A stretch of 64,000 bases of DNA from Candidatus Altimarinota bacterium (GCA_963677745.1 OY782391.1:832001-896000); one strand, 5' to 3'; positions 37,101 through 47,547 are shown, counted from the stretch's first letter. Made by a program: numbers and translations. The notes: generated by a model not told the origin, from the letters alone.

Positions 37101-37586
37101 ATGGATCAGCATCAACGACCAACCTGGGATGAATATTTCATGGCGGTGGCCGCCACGATTGCCGAAAGGGGGACTTGTGACAGGGCCAGGGTCGGCTGTG
37201 TAATCGCCAAGGACAAACAAATTCTGGTGACCGGATATAACGGCTCCCCGACCGGATTGCCGCATTGCGACGACGTGGGGCATCAGTTGAAAAAAATGAT
37301 CCATGAGGACGACAGTATCTCCCAGCATTGCGTCCGGACTGTCCATGGGGAACAAAACGCCATTTGCCAGGCTGCCAAGAGAGGCATTGCCATAGAGGGG
37401 GCAACGGTCTATTGCCTGATGACGCCCTGCCGTACCTGTGCCATGCTGCTGATTAATTGTGGTATCAAGCGGGTTGTTTGTGCCAAAAAATACCATGCCG
37501 GGGCCGAAACCGAGGCAATGTTCAAAGAAGCCGGTATTGAACTGGAATTCAGAGAAGACTCCGTTCTGAAATATCAGAACCAGTAA
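37101..37586 (+). CDS. dCMP deaminase / ComEB family
   Basis: RPTWDEYFM, TGYNG, HGEQNAI, PCRTC. Confidence 0.93.
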   Translation: MDQHQRPTWDEYFMAVAATIAERGTCDRARVGCVIAKDKQILVTGYNGSPTGLPHCDDVGHQLKKMIHEDDSISQHCVRTVHGEQNAICQAAKRGIAIEGATVYCLMTPCRTCAMLLINCGIKRVVCAKKYHAGAETEAMFKEAGIELEFREDSVLKYQNQ

Positions 37587-37653
37587 ACATTGGATAGCGA
37601 AAATCTGATAAGTGTGCTATTCTCTGGCAGTTCCAATCTTTAATAATACAAAT

Positions 37654-37881
37654 ATGAAACCAATTTCCATAATTGCCATGATTTTAGTCGTGGTCGGGGC
37701 TGTTAACTGGGGACTGACCGGTCTGGGGAATCTGATTTCCACCAACCTTAACCTGGTCAATCTGCTGTTTGGACAGTGGCCGGTCGTAGAAAGCGTGGTC
37801 TATCTGTTGGTCGGAATCTCGGGTTTGCTGCTGATTGGTTTGTTGGTTTCCAAGAAATGTCCGGTTTGCGAAAACAAGTAG
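37654..37881 (+). CDS. DUF378 family small membrane protein
   Basis: LVVVGAVNWGL..NLVNLLFG..VYLLVGISG. Confidence 0.9.
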   Translation: MKPISIIAMILVVVGAVNWGLTGLGNLISTNLNLVNLLFGQWPVVESVVYLLVGISGLLLIGLLVSKKCPVCENK

Positions 37882-37908
37882 AGCTGATTCTCTATCAGTG
37901 AGTTTTTG

Positions 37909-37941
37909 AAAGCGCCCTGCCGTGCGGCAGGGCGCTTTTTT
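37909..37941 (+). terminator. Intrinsic terminator
   Basis: AAAGCGCCCTGCCG-TG-CGGCAGGGCGCTTT followed by T's. Confidence 0.85.
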
Positions 37942-37952
37942 GCATATTAATA

Positions 37953-38042
37953 TGGCGGAGAGAGAGGGATTCGAACCCCCGAGGAGCTTGCGCCCCTAAC
38001 GGTTTTCAAGACCGTCGCTTTCGACCGCTCAGCCATCTCTCC
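37953..38042 (-). tRNA. tRNA-Ser (TGA)
   Basis: GGAGAGATGGCTGAGCGG..ACGGTCTTGAAAACCGT, long variable arm, GTTCGAATC..CTCTCCGCCA. Confidence 0.97.
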
Positions 38043-38162
38043 CAGTCACGAAGCGCTGGCATATTAACCAACTTCCCGGCCGACTTCAAGAAAAATTTAC
38101 AAATATCTTAGCTTCCTTTCATCATGGACTGTTTATGGTGACGTCATAAATAAACAAATTCC

Positions 38163-38483
38163 ATGAACAGCTTTGATTTATCGGTTGAGACGCTTGGCAA
38201 CCTGCAGATATTCAGGGACCGGCATGTTATTGCCAACCAAAGCGGCCGGGAGGTTAAATTGCGCCGGCGCGAATTTCAGCTTTTTAATTTCTTATTTAAT
38301 AACATCAATTCGGTTGTCCACAAATGTGCTCTGTTGGAGCTGGTTTGGGACTTTGCCGATTTCTCCGCCAGCAATACGCTGGAGGTGCATTTAAGCACTT
38401 TACGCCGTAAACTGAAGGCACTGACAGACCGGGTGATCATCGAAACCGTGCGCGGAGTGGGGTACAGACTGGTTGCCGGTTGA
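38163..38483 (+). CDS. Stand-alone OmpR/PhoB-type winged-helix DNA-binding domain
   Basis: LRRREFQLF, LLELVWD, SNTLEVHLSTLRRKL, IETVRGVGYRL; no receiver domain. Confidence 0.88.
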   Translation: MNSFDLSVETLGNLQIFRDRHVIANQSGREVKLRRREFQLFNFLFNNINSVVHKCALLELVWDFADFSASNTLEVHLSTLRRKLKALTDRVIIETVRGVGYRLVAG

Positions 38484-38509
38484 GCCTAAAGAAACTACGG
38501 ACGAAGTGC

Positions 38510-39733
38510 TTACAATGTCTGCAGATATTTGACCGCCTCATCCAGTTGCCGGTCGAATTTATTGTCATAATCCTTGTCCTGCAGTTCCACGATCCGGTCG
38601 GGGACTATACCTTTTTCATTGATATCCCGCCCTTCCGGCGATAGCCAGCGGGCAATGGTGAAACGCAAACTGGAGCCGTCCGGAAGCGGATCGACTTCCT
38701 GTACCGTGCCTTTTCCATAGCTGGTTTCCCCCATCAGTATGCCTCTTTTGAGGTCCTGTACAGCCGCCGCCACGATTTCCGAGGCGGAAGCAGAGCCGTG
38801 ATTAATCAGTACCACCAGCGGCAGCTCGGGGAATTGGGCCTTACCTGAAGTTTTCAGTTTTTCATCCGATTTCTGATCGCGGTAATCGATTGACACCACC
38901 TGCTTTTCCCCGCGTATAAAAGCCGAAAGAATGTCCACCGCCCCGTCCAGATAACCGCCGCCGTTAAAGCGCAGATCCAGTATCATGGCCTTGGGATTTT
39001 TCAATTTTATTTCGTTCATGGTCCGGTTGAATTCCATCTTGGTGTCGTCGCTGAACTGATTGACAGAGACATACCAGATCCCCGGTTTGGTTTCTTCGGA
39101 GCTGACGCTCTCCACCGTGATGGTATCGCGTGTAATGGTCAATTCAAAAGGATCGGTTTTGTTTTTGCGGATAACCGAAAGCTTGACTGTGGTCCCTTTC
39201 TTGCCGCGTATCTTGTTGATGGCGTCAAAAAGTGACAGGTCCGCTGTATTCTGACCATCGATTCCCAGCACAACGTCATCCGGAAGCAGACCGGTCTTTT
39301 CGGCCGGCGATCCTTTCACCACGGCCACCACGGTCAGCAGCTGGTCGCGTACTGTCATTTCCGCTCCGATGCCTTCCAGTTCGGAATTCAGACTTTCGTT
39401 AAAATCAATCGTTTCCTGGGGATCCATAAATTCGCTATAAGGATCATCCAAGGCAGAAACCATGCCCTTAACCGCTCCATAACTCATGGCCTGGCCGTCC
39501 ATTTTTTCGGTGTGGATGTATTTTTTTTGCAGAAGATCTCTCACCATCCAAAAAGTTTTCAGACTGATTTCGGAAGAAACTTTATCTCCGCCGATCTCTC
39601 CCAAAACATTGGTGACATTGTCCGATTCCAACACCAGACTGTGGGTAGGCAGGGAATTGCCGACCAGCAGGCCGGTTGAAAATACCAGGCCAAAAATGGC
39701 TATATAACTGGCGATTCTTGTACTTGTTTTCAT
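38510..39733 (-). CDS. S41 C-terminal processing protease (CtpA/Prc)
   Basis: DPYS, GIG, PDZ domain, LDLRFNGGG, SASASE, GKGTVQ. Confidence 0.95.
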   Translation of the reverse strand: MKTSTRIASYIAIFGLVFSTGLLVGNSLPTHSLVLESDNVTNVLGEIGGDKVSSEISLKTFWMVRDLLQKKYIHTEKMDGQAMSYGAVKGMVSALDDPYSEFMDPQETIDFNESLNSELEGIGAEMTVRDQLLTVVAVVKGSPAEKTGLLPDDVVLGIDGQNTADLSLFDAINKIRGKKGTTVKLSVIRKNKTDPFELTITRDTITVESVSSEETKPGIWYVSVNQFSDDTKMEFNRTMNEIKLKNPKAMILDLRFNGGGYLDGAVDILSAFIRGEKQVVSIDYRDQKSDEKLKTSGKAQFPELPLVVLINHGSASASEIVAAAVQDLKRGILMGETSYGKGTVQEVDPLPDGSSLRFTIARWLSPEGRDINEKGIVPDRIVELQDKDYDNKFDRQLDEAVKYLQTL

Positions 39734-39759
39734 AATTTCAGATAATTCAGGTGGGCCGA

Positions 39760-40578
39760 TTATACACTAACCGGCTTGATTTGTATTCTATTAATTTTTT
39801 CGGGAAGTCCGCTTTGCTCATCAATATCCAGCAGCAGCGCGGAAAAAACCGCGTCGCCCTCCGCCATCCTGTGCCTGACCGGCATTTGCGTCAAAAACCC
39901 CTGGATTATCTCCTCCTTGGCCAGCCCGATAATCGAATCGATTGCTCCCACCATACCGACATCGGTGATGAAGCCGGTGCCGTGCGGCAGCAGTCTTTCA
40001 TCAGCCGTCTGCACATGGGTATGCGTACCGATAACCGCGCTTACCCGCCCGTCCAGATAATTGGCCAGCGCCGCTCTTTCGGAAGTGGTTTCGGCATGAA
40101 AATCAACAATAATGGCGGCCAGGCCCTGGCCCAGGCTCAGACCTTTCTCAGCCGTCTCTTCCAGTATCCGGTCGGCGGTCCGGAAAGGATCTTCCGGATG
40201 AAGGGGCATGTATACCCTGCCCAGCAGATTGATCACCAGTATTTTCTCCTTGCTTCCGGGCGGGCTGATCAGGGCCTGGCCGCGCCCCGGATTCTTTTCC
40301 GGATAATTGGCCGGCCGTATCAATGGATAGTCGGCCGTATCCAGAAAATTATAGATTTCCGGGACTTTCCAGATGTGGTTGCCGCTGGTAAAAAAATCAA
40401 TTCCGGCCGCTTTCATTTCCTGAATTTTTGAGTCGCTGACGCCTTTGCCGTGATGGATGTTTTCCACATTGGCTATCACCAGATCGATTTTTTCCTCCTC
40501 TTTGAGACGCGGCAGAACTTTCGTCACGGCCTGCCGTCCCGGCCTGCCAAAAACATCTCCAATAAATAATATGCGCAT
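39760..40578 (-). CDS. ymdB: YmdB-like metallophosphoesterase (TIGR00282)
   Basis: GDVFGRPG, NVEN, SGNH, DFHAETTSE, GTHTH, TDVGM. Confidence 0.93.
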   Translation of the reverse strand: MRILFIGDVFGRPGRQAVTKVLPRLKEEEKIDLVIANVENIHHGKGVSDSKIQEMKAAGIDFFTSGNHIWKVPEIYNFLDTADYPLIRPANYPEKNPGRGQALISPPGSKEKILVINLLGRVYMPLHPEDPFRTADRILEETAEKGLSLGQGLAAIIVDFHAETTSERAALANYLDGRVSAVIGTHTHVQTADERLLPHGTGFITDVGMVGAIDSIIGLAKEEIIQGFLTQMPVRHRMAEGDAVFSALLLDIDEQSGLPEKINRIQIKPVSV

Positions 40579-40732
40579 GAAATTTCCAGTTAAAGCCACA
40601 ATATGTTATCAGCAAAAACACTGTTAATCCAGAGCTGTCCTTTTTAGGATTTGTTAAGAAAAATTTTAATTTGGCGTCAGTTTGCCCGTGTATAAAAGAA
40701 ATATATTTTATCAACCTGTACAGGGTAAAATC

Positions 40733-40761
40733 TTGACGGTGAGTATTTGCTCACCTAAGAT
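40733..40761 (+). promoter_or_regulatory. recA promoter with palindromic operator in the spacer
   Basis: TTGACG, 17 bp, TAAGAT; palindrome GGTGAG-TATTTG-CTCACC at 40738-40755. Confidence 0.7.
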
Positions 40762-40799
40762 TGGGCTAAAGTAAAAATTATTTAACTTTAATATATTTT

Positions 40800-41903
40800 A
40801 TGGCTATCTCATCAGAAAAACAAAAGGCAGTGGAACTGGCATTATCACAGATTGAACGTGCTTTCGGCAAAGGTTCAATCATGAAAATGGGTGAACAGCA
40901 CAATATCGCCATTGAGACTTTTTCCACCGGGGCGATGTCCCTGGACCTGGCACTGGGCGGTGGTGTTCCCAAGGGTAGAATTATCGAGGTCTACGGCCCG
41001 GAAAGTTCCGGCAAGACCACGCTTACTCTCCACATGATCACCGAAATTCAGAAGGCCGGCGGTATGGCCGCTTTTATTGATGCCGAACACGCGCTGGATC
41101 CCGAATATGCCCGCCGCATCGGTCTGGATCTGGATAATCTGCTGGTATCACAGCCCGACAGCGGAGAGCAGGCTTTGGAAATTGCCGAAACCCTGGTGCG
41201 TTCCAACGCTATTGATTTGATTGTAATCGACTCGGTGGCTGCGCTGACTCCCAAAGCGGAAATCGAAGGGGAAATGGGCGATTCCCACATGGGTCTGCAG
41301 GCCAGACTGATGAGTCAGGCCCTGCGCAAATTGACCGCCGCCATCAGCAAATCCAAAACCACCGTGGTCTTCATCAATCAGCTGCGCATGAAGATCGGAG
41401 TAATGTTCGGCAACCCCGAAACTACTACCGGCGGCAATGCCCTTAAATTTTATGCTTCGGTCCGTATGGAGATTCGTTCCATCGGCAAACTGGAGGAAGG
41501 TACCGGCGAGGAAAAGACTTATACCGGCCTGCGCGTGAAGGTAAAGGTGGTCAAAAATAAGGTTGCTCCGCCTTTCCGTACTGCCGAATTCGACATCATG
41601 TATAACCGCGGTATCAGCCGGGTAGGAGATATCCTGGATCTGGCCGCCAGATTTGAAATCGTCAAGAAATCGGGAGCTTTCTACAGTTTCGGCGAAACCA
41701 AAATCGGACAGGGACGTGACAACACCAAGGCCTTTTTGAGCCAGCCGGAAAACAAGAAAATTTTACAGGCTATTGAAAAGGAAGTTCTGAAATCGGCCAA
41801 ACTGGAAGCAGCTGCCAATCTGGGTGATGCCAAACCGATGGAAGCTGCCCCGGCGGTAGAAACACCTGTCAAAATCGCACGTTCCCTGGCAGAGAAAAAA
41901 TAA
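40800..41903 (+). CDS. recA: Recombinase A
   Basis: [48 protein letters not shown]. Confidence 0.99.
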   Translation: MAISSEKQKAVELALSQIERAFGKGSIMKMGEQHNIAIETFSTGAMSLDLALGGGVPKGRIIEVYGPESSGKTTLTLHMITEIQKAGGMAAFIDAEHALDPEYARRIGLDLDNLLVSQPDSGEQALEIAETLVRSNAIDLIVIDSVAALTPKAEIEGEMGDSHMGLQARLMSQALRKLTAAISKSKTTVVFINQLRMKIGVMFGNPETTTGGNALKFYASVRMEIRSIGKLEEGTGEEKTYTGLRVKVKVVKNKVAPPFRTAEFDIMYNRGISRVGDILDLAARFEIVKKSGAFYSFGETKIGQGRDNTKAFLSQPENKKILQAIEKEVLKSAKLEAAANLGDAKPMEAAPAVETPVKIARSLAEKK

Positions 41904-41909
41904 AAGGTC

Positions 41910-42419
41910 ATGAACAAATTACAACAAAAACTGACACACTATTGCTACGATCTCCTGGCCCGTCGACGTTACTCCATTCACGAAATGGTTACCAAGCTGG
42001 AAGCAAAAAACCATCGATCGGCGGAGCAATGCACGGACCAGGAATTGCAGGAAATATTGGAGGCGTTGATTCAAGCCAACCTGCTCAATGATCATGACTA
42101 TGCCGGTTTTTATCTGGATAATCAGCTGCGCCGCAAGCCCGTTGGTAAGGCCAAAATAAGGCAGCAGCTGCGGGCCCGGGGGATTGATGAGACGATTATC
42201 AGCCGGACACTCAACCGGACCGATATTGATGAACTGGAACTGGCCCGGCAGCTGCTGCAAAAAAAGGCCAAAGCCTATACCGTCCGCCAGCTGGCCGACC
42301 AAAAAATTCAGGCGCGCCTGATGCGCTATCTTGCCGGCAACGGATTCAGGGGGGAAATTTGTTTTAAGGTTTTGAAGGAGCTTGGTCGGACTCCTTCATT
42401 TCATCCAGATACTTTTTGA
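41910..42419 (+). CDS. recX: Regulatory protein RecX
   Basis: LLARRRYS..E..KL, LLNDHDYA, IRQQLRARGI, RYLAGNGF; directly downstream of recA. Confidence 0.9.
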   Translation: MNKLQQKLTHYCYDLLARRRYSIHEMVTKLEAKNHRSAEQCTDQELQEILEALIQANLLNDHDYAGFYLDNQLRRKPVGKAKIRQQLRARGIDETIISRTLNRTDIDELELARQLLQKKAKAYTVRQLADQKIQARLMRYLAGNGFRGEICFKVLKELGRTPSFHPDTF

Positions 42420-43032
42420 TCCGGCCTTCCAGCAAATGATAGGTGTTTTCATCTATTTTACCGGCCTTTAAACGGTCCTCTATCTGGTCTTCCAGTCTGT
42501 ACAGCTCGGCTTCGCAGCGTTTTGATTTCCATTTGTAGGAAGCGTAGACGTCATCAATTTCGTGAAGAAATTTTTTCAGGTATTTTCTTTTTTTCTTGTT
42601 GGCCAGCGAAAAACCGCTGACCGCCAGGAACAGTCCGACTACCGATACTATCAAAGCCAGCATCTGCACCCAGTATTCGCTGAACATTGACTGGATTTTT
42701 ACTCCCCAGCCCTTTCCATTATCTTTCCTGTCATTGGCGGCCTGAATAGTTCTTTTCAGAATATCGGGATTGATCACCACCGGCTTGATTGTTTCCGGGA
42801 CTTTGACCGTATCTGTGGTTGTTGAAGTTTCAGCCGTTGTAGCCGGTTCTGTGGTTAAGGCAGCCTTGTCGATGGTATTAAGTTTGATGGCCGTGCTGTC
42901 AAAAGTGCGTAGGGGCATTGCGGTCGTCTGCACTGGTTCAACCGCGTAACCCGCCTGAAAGAATCCTCCCGCCAGACAGAACAGGAACGACAGGGCCAAT
43001 GGCCGTAATATATTGAGTTTGTTGTTTTTCAC
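42364..43032 (-). CDS. Hypothetical protein: signal peptide, Thr-rich region, TM, conserved-looking cytoplasmic tail
   Basis: GTG start, hydrophobic N-terminus, TM MLALIVSVVGLFLAV, tail GKIDENTYHLL. Confidence 0.7.
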   Translation of the reverse strand: MKNNKLNILRPLALSFLFCLAGGFFQAGYAVEPVQTTAMPLRTFDSTAIKLNTIDKAALTTEPATTAETSTTTDTVKVPETIKPVVINPDILKRTIQAANDRKDNGKGWGVKIQSMFSEYWVQMLALIVSVVGLFLAVSGFSLANKKKRKYLKKFLHEIDDVYASYKWKSKRCEAELYRLEDQIEDRLKAGKIDENTYHLLEGRIKKYLDEMKESDQAPSKP

Positions 43033-43195
43033 AATAATTTTCTGGAAAAATACAATTGGGACTATACCCCCGGTTTGTTCTTTTTGGCAAACGGACTCTT
43101 CCTGTCAAGTGACCTTTACATCTGGCTTTAGATCAGGTAAATTTATAGTGCTATATGGATCAAAATTTTGATCCTGGTATTTTAACGCGCACTGT

Positions 43196-44446
43196 ATGCA
43201 ATCACAATTTTTAGCCGCCATCAATCAGATTTGCGATGAGAAAAACATCCCGAGGGACCAGATAGTTGAGACTATCAAGGCCGCCGTACGGGCTGCTTAT
43301 CGCAAAGACTATGGAAACAAGGATCAGAACATCGATGTGGATCTGGACGAGAAAAGAGAAATGATCACCATCTATCTGGTCAAGGAAATAGTTAAAAAAG
43401 TGGAAAACCCCGATCTTCAAATTGCCCTCAAGGAAGCCCTTCGTTATAAAAAAGGAGCCAAAGTGGGCGGTTCGGTGAAAATTGATGTTACTCCTCTGGA
43501 ATACGGCAGAATCGCCGCGCAATCAGCCAAACAGGTGATTATTCAGAAAATTCAGGAAGCGGAACGCGACATCATGTACAACACTTTCAAGGACCGTGAA
43601 AACGAACTTCTGAATGCCATGGTGCAGCGTGTTGAATACGGCACGGTACACGTGAATCTGGATAACAAACTGACCACCATGCTGCCCTCCGATCAGCAGA
43701 TTCCCCGCGAAAGATATTATGCCGGACAAAGAATCAAATTGTATCTGGACAAGGTTATCAAAACCAGCCGCGGACCTCAGCTGATTATTTCCCGCAATCA
43801 TCCCAACCTGGTTAAAAAACTGATGGAATTGGAAATCCCGGAAATTAAAAACAACCTGGTGGAAATTAAAAACATTGCCAGAGAGCCCGGCGTACGTTCC
43901 AAAGTCGCTGTCTCCTCCAACGATCCAAAGATCGACCCGATCGGTTCCTGTGTCGGCCAAAAAGGCGTACGCGTGCAGAATGTCATGGATGAGCTGAACG
44001 GGGAAAGAATTGATATCATTCAATGGTCCGAAGATATTGAACAGTATATTCGCACGGCTCTGGCTCCCGCCAAGGTTGCCGCCATTGAACTCAGCAAAGA
44101 CGAAAGAAGAGCCAAGATATTTGTCAATCCCGATCAGAGACCTCTAGCCATCGGAAAAAACGGCCAAAATGTACGTCTGGCTTCCCGCCTGACAGGCTAT
44201 GAACTGGATATCATGGATATCGGGGAAATGACCGGCGCCGCCGAAGCCGCCAAAGAAGAGGCCAAGGTTCTGGAAATCAAGGATCTGCCAAATCTCACCC
44301 CGGAAATAGTCGAAAAACTGGCTGCCGCCAATCTGACCATGGTTCAGCAGCTCAAAGGACTTTCCATCGGTGATCTGGCCGGAATAGAAGGCCTTTCCGA
44401 AGATGATGCTTCCCTGATTGCCGAAGAAGTTTCCAAAGCCCTCTGA
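43196..44446 (+). CDS. nusA: Transcription factor NusA
   Basis: GRIAAQSAKQVI, AREPGVRSKVAV, GERIDII, AIGKNGQNVRLA; C-terminal HhH. Confidence 0.98.
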   Translation: MQSQFLAAINQICDEKNIPRDQIVETIKAAVRAAYRKDYGNKDQNIDVDLDEKREMITIYLVKEIVKKVENPDLQIALKEALRYKKGAKVGGSVKIDVTPLEYGRIAAQSAKQVIIQKIQEAERDIMYNTFKDRENELLNAMVQRVEYGTVHVNLDNKLTTMLPSDQQIPRERYYAGQRIKLYLDKVIKTSRGPQLIISRNHPNLVKKLMELEIPEIKNNLVEIKNIAREPGVRSKVAVSSNDPKIDPIGSCVGQKGVRVQNVMDELNGERIDIIQWSEDIEQYIRTALAPAKVAAIELSKDERRAKIFVNPDQRPLAIGKNGQNVRLASRLTGYELDIMDIGEMTGAAEAAKEEAKVLEIKDLPNLTPEIVEKLAAANLTMVQQLKGLSIGDLAGIEGLSEDDASLIAEEVSKAL

Positions 44447-44465
44447 TCCAATCAATCTCACTCTG

Positions 44466-44497
44466 AAAGAACCGGCTGATCCAGCTGGTTCTTTTTT
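44466..44497 (+). terminator. Intrinsic terminator after nusA
   Basis: AAAGAACCGGCTG-ATC-CAGCTGGTTCTTT then T's. Confidence 0.75.
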
Positions 44498-44539
44498 GTT
44501 ATTTGTGCTAAAATATTGAGATATATTTATCAGTCAGTC

Positions 44540-46333
44540 ATGCCAGTAGATCCCCAAACAATCAAAGATCCCGCAGCATCTGCCGACGCAGCCCAGGCCG
44601 GCCAGCAGCCGGTTCAGCAGCTGACCGTGAGCAAGGCCGAACTGCAATCCACGGAGCAGACTCAGCAGACCGGGCAACCCGAGAAAACAGCAGAGCAGCA
44701 AAAAATGGAGAGCGGTTTGGAGAAAATCAACCGTGAAGCCAAAGAAAAGGCCACTCAGGAAAAGGCCGCTTCCATGAACATGAATTACGTCGACATTGCC
44801 GTGACCCCGGTCAATCCCGATCTGTTGAAAATCATCAGTGCCGAAACTGCCAAAAAGAATCTGATCATGCCGTTTTACCGGCTTGGTAAAAAGCTGCGCC
44901 TTACCGTGGCCCATCCCACCAATCCGTCAGTGCGGGAGGTAATTAATGAGCTGAAACAACAGGGCTACCTGATCAACATTAATCTTTCCTCGGAGGAGGG
45001 GATATTGGAAGCCCTCAAGCTCTATGAAACCGACCAGTACAAGGTCAAGAAAGAACTGGTCACCACCATGGACGAGGCCAAAATTAAGACTTACGAAAAG
45101 GAATTGGCCGAACTGTCCGGACTGGGCGCCAAAATCAAGGAAATTAATTCCGAAGAGGCTGTATATCTGATCGGAGTGGGGGCTTTGCGTGCCGGTTCAT
45201 CGGATATCCATCTGGAGGCCGAAGAGACTTACGTGCGGGCCAGATTCAGGATTGACGGTCTGTTGCATGAGGTTTTCCGCATCGACAAATCGGTCTGGCA
45301 GAATATCAGCAATCAGATCAAATATCTTTCCAAGATGCGTTTGAACGTCAACAATGTGCCCCAGGACGGACGCTACAATTTTCAGGTAAATGAACGCAAA
45401 ATCGACGTCAGAGTCTCGGTGCTGCCCACCGAATTCGGTGAAAGTTTTGTAATGAGACTCTTGGATTCTGGCAGACATTTGGTCAGCTTCGAGGAGCTTG
45501 GTTACAGCGGCCAGTATCTGCAAAAAATTGAAAATCTGACCAAAATCAGCCACGGCATGATCCTGATGACGGGCCCTACGGGCTCAGGTAAAACGACCTC
45601 CCTCTATACAATGCTTTCCAAATTCAATAATCCGGAATCAAAAATTATTACTTTGGAAGATCCGATTGAATACCACCTGGAAGGAATTTCCCAGAGCCAG
45701 ATTCATGAAAAGGGGGGATACACCTTTGGCAGCGGCCTGCGCTCGATTCTCCGCCAGGATCCCGAGGTGATCATGATCGGTGAAATCCGCGACCTGGAAA
45801 CGGCCGAAACCGCCGCGCAGGCCGCGCTGACCGGCCACGTCCTGCTGTCCACTCTCCACACCAATTCCGCCATTGAAACCATTCCGCGCCTGATCAACAT
45901 CGGTCTGCCCGCTTTCATGATTGCCCCTTCGCTGCATACCATTATCGCCCAGCGTCTGGCACGTAAGATTTGCCCCAATTGCCGCGAAGAAAAACCGGTT
46001 ACCAAAGCCGAGCTGGATGAGATTACCAGAGTGGTCGAGAGCATCAGGCGGGTCCGTCCCTCTGAGGAAATTGTCATACCGGCGACGCTTCCCGAAGCCA
46101 AAGGCTGCGAAATTTGCAGTCACACCGGTTACAAAGGCCGCGTGGCCGTCGTGGAAATGCTGGAAGTGGACTATGAACTGAAAGATCTGATCCTGAACAA
46201 AGCCAGTACCACCAAAATGATCGAATCGGCCCGCCGCAAGGGCATGATTACCATGAGGGAGGACGGAGTACTGAAAGTGCTTCAGGGCCTGACCAACCTG
46301 GAAGAAGTGCATCGCGTGACTTCCATCGGCTGA
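44540..46333 (+). CDS. Type IV pilus/T2SS assembly ATPase (PilB/GspE family)
   Basis: SDIHLE, PQDGR, GPTGSGKTT, EDPIEY, LRQDP, GEIRD, TGH..STLHTN, two CxxC. Confidence 0.95.
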   Translation: MPVDPQTIKDPAASADAAQAGQQPVQQLTVSKAELQSTEQTQQTGQPEKTAEQQKMESGLEKINREAKEKATQEKAASMNMNYVDIAVTPVNPDLLKIISAETAKKNLIMPFYRLGKKLRLTVAHPTNPSVREVINELKQQGYLININLSSEEGILEALKLYETDQYKVKKELVTTMDEAKIKTYEKELAELSGLGAKIKEINSEEAVYLIGVGALRAGSSDIHLEAEETYVRARFRIDGLLHEVFRIDKSVWQNISNQIKYLSKMRLNVNNVPQDGRYNFQVNERKIDVRVSVLPTEFGESFVMRLLDSGRHLVSFEELGYSGQYLQKIENLTKISHGMILMTGPTGSGKTTSLYTMLSKFNNPESKIITLEDPIEYHLEGISQSQIHEKGGYTFGSGLRSILRQDPEVIMIGEIRDLETAETAAQAALTGHVLLSTLHTNSAIETIPRLINIGLPAFMIAPSLHTIIAQRLARKICPNCREEKPVTKAELDEITRVVESIRRVRPSEEIVIPATLPEAKGCEICSHTGYKGRVAVVEMLEVDYELKDLILNKASTTKMIESARRKGMITMREDGVLKVLQGLTNLEEVHRVTSIG

Positions 46334-46338
46334 TAAAT

Positions 46339-47433
46339 TCAATCGGCCAGTAATTTCCATTTTGAACCTTCCGTTTTTCCGATCACACCGGCAATTTCCA
46401 GTTTGCTGATGCTTTGCAGCAGTTCACTCCATTCCAGTTTGCCCATCATCAACAGTCCCTCGGCAGACTGCTCTTCCCGGCCCAGCAGGTCGATAATTCG
46501 CTTATCCGCCAATTCAAGATTAACGCCTGCACCGGCGCTCTGAGGCCGGGCGCTGATCAGCCGCCGGTCAGCCAAACTTTCCAATACATCGCCGACTGAA
46601 CAGACCAGCTGGGCCGGGCCCTTTTTAATCAGCTCATTGCAACCGCGGCTGGTTGGTTTGCCCGGATCACCCGGGAAGGCCAAAACGGTTTTTCCCTGTT
46701 CCAGAGCGTATTCGGCGGTTATCAGCGCTCCCGACTTTTTAGCCGCCTCAACGATCACCACGGTATGGGACAGAGCGGCGATAAGCCGGTTTCTCTCCAA
46801 AAAACGGTGTTTGAAGGCATCGGAAGTCACCGGATATTCGGAAATAATCGCCCCGCCCTTTTCCAGAATCCGGTCGGCCAGACCGGTGTGACTGGTCGGG
46901 GTTACTTTGGCTATACCGGAAGCCAGAATGCCGATTGTGAGTCCCCCGCTTTTGATCACCCCGGCATGGGCGGCCGCATCAATTCCGAAGGCCAGTCCGC
47001 TCACCACAGTCAGGGCGCGCTGGCCGCAGGCACCCGCCAGCGCAAAAGACAGTTTTTCCCCGGCGCCGCTGGACTTTCTGGTCCCGACTATCGCAATCCG
47101 GTTGGTCAGAACTGACAATTCCGCCCCTTTGCGGTAAATCAAAAAAGGCGGCGCCGTAATCTGCCCAAGTTCCTGCGGAAACTCCGGGCTGGCTCTGTCA
47201 ATCAGCTTTATATCCTGATCCCACAGCTTTTCCATGGCCCGTCCCAGATCGAGTTTCGCCCGAAGCTCCACCACCCGCCGGGAGTATACCTCTCCCAACC
47301 CCGCCGCCTCCAGCTCGGAGGCGGCGGCCCTTTCCCAGGCATACTGAAAATCCTGGAAGCGGCAGAAAATCTTCCATAGTTTTTGATAATCGGTATTTTC
47401 AACATGCCAGAAGGCATGAATATATTTTGCCAT
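46339..47433 (-). CDS. dprA: DNA-processing protein DprA
   Basis: AIVGTR, VSGLAFGID, SEYP, FLERNRLIA, SGALITA, GCNELIK. Confidence 0.95.
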   Translation of the reverse strand: MAKYIHAFWHVENTDYQKLWKIFCRFQDFQYAWERAAASELEAAGLGEVYSRRVVELRAKLDLGRAMEKLWDQDIKLIDRASPEFPQELGQITAPPFLIYRKGAELSVLTNRIAIVGTRKSSGAGEKLSFALAGACGQRALTVVSGLAFGIDAAAHAGVIKSGGLTIGILASGIAKVTPTSHTGLADRILEKGGAIISEYPVTSDAFKHRFLERNRLIAALSHTVVIVEAAKKSGALITAEYALEQGKTVLAFPGDPGKPTSRGCNELIKKGPAQLVCSVGDVLESLADRRLISARPQSAGAGVNLELADKRIIDLLGREEQSAEGLLMMGKLEWSELLQSISKLEIAGVIGKTEGSKWKLLAD

Positions 47434-47547
47434 TTTCCTATAAGACAATTCAAATGAGCCGAGCCTTACCCAGCCTAGCAAAACATTATGATCCCGATAT
47501 AAAATTTTCTTAAAACCGGCCAACCGGCCGGTAATGCCAGATACGCT

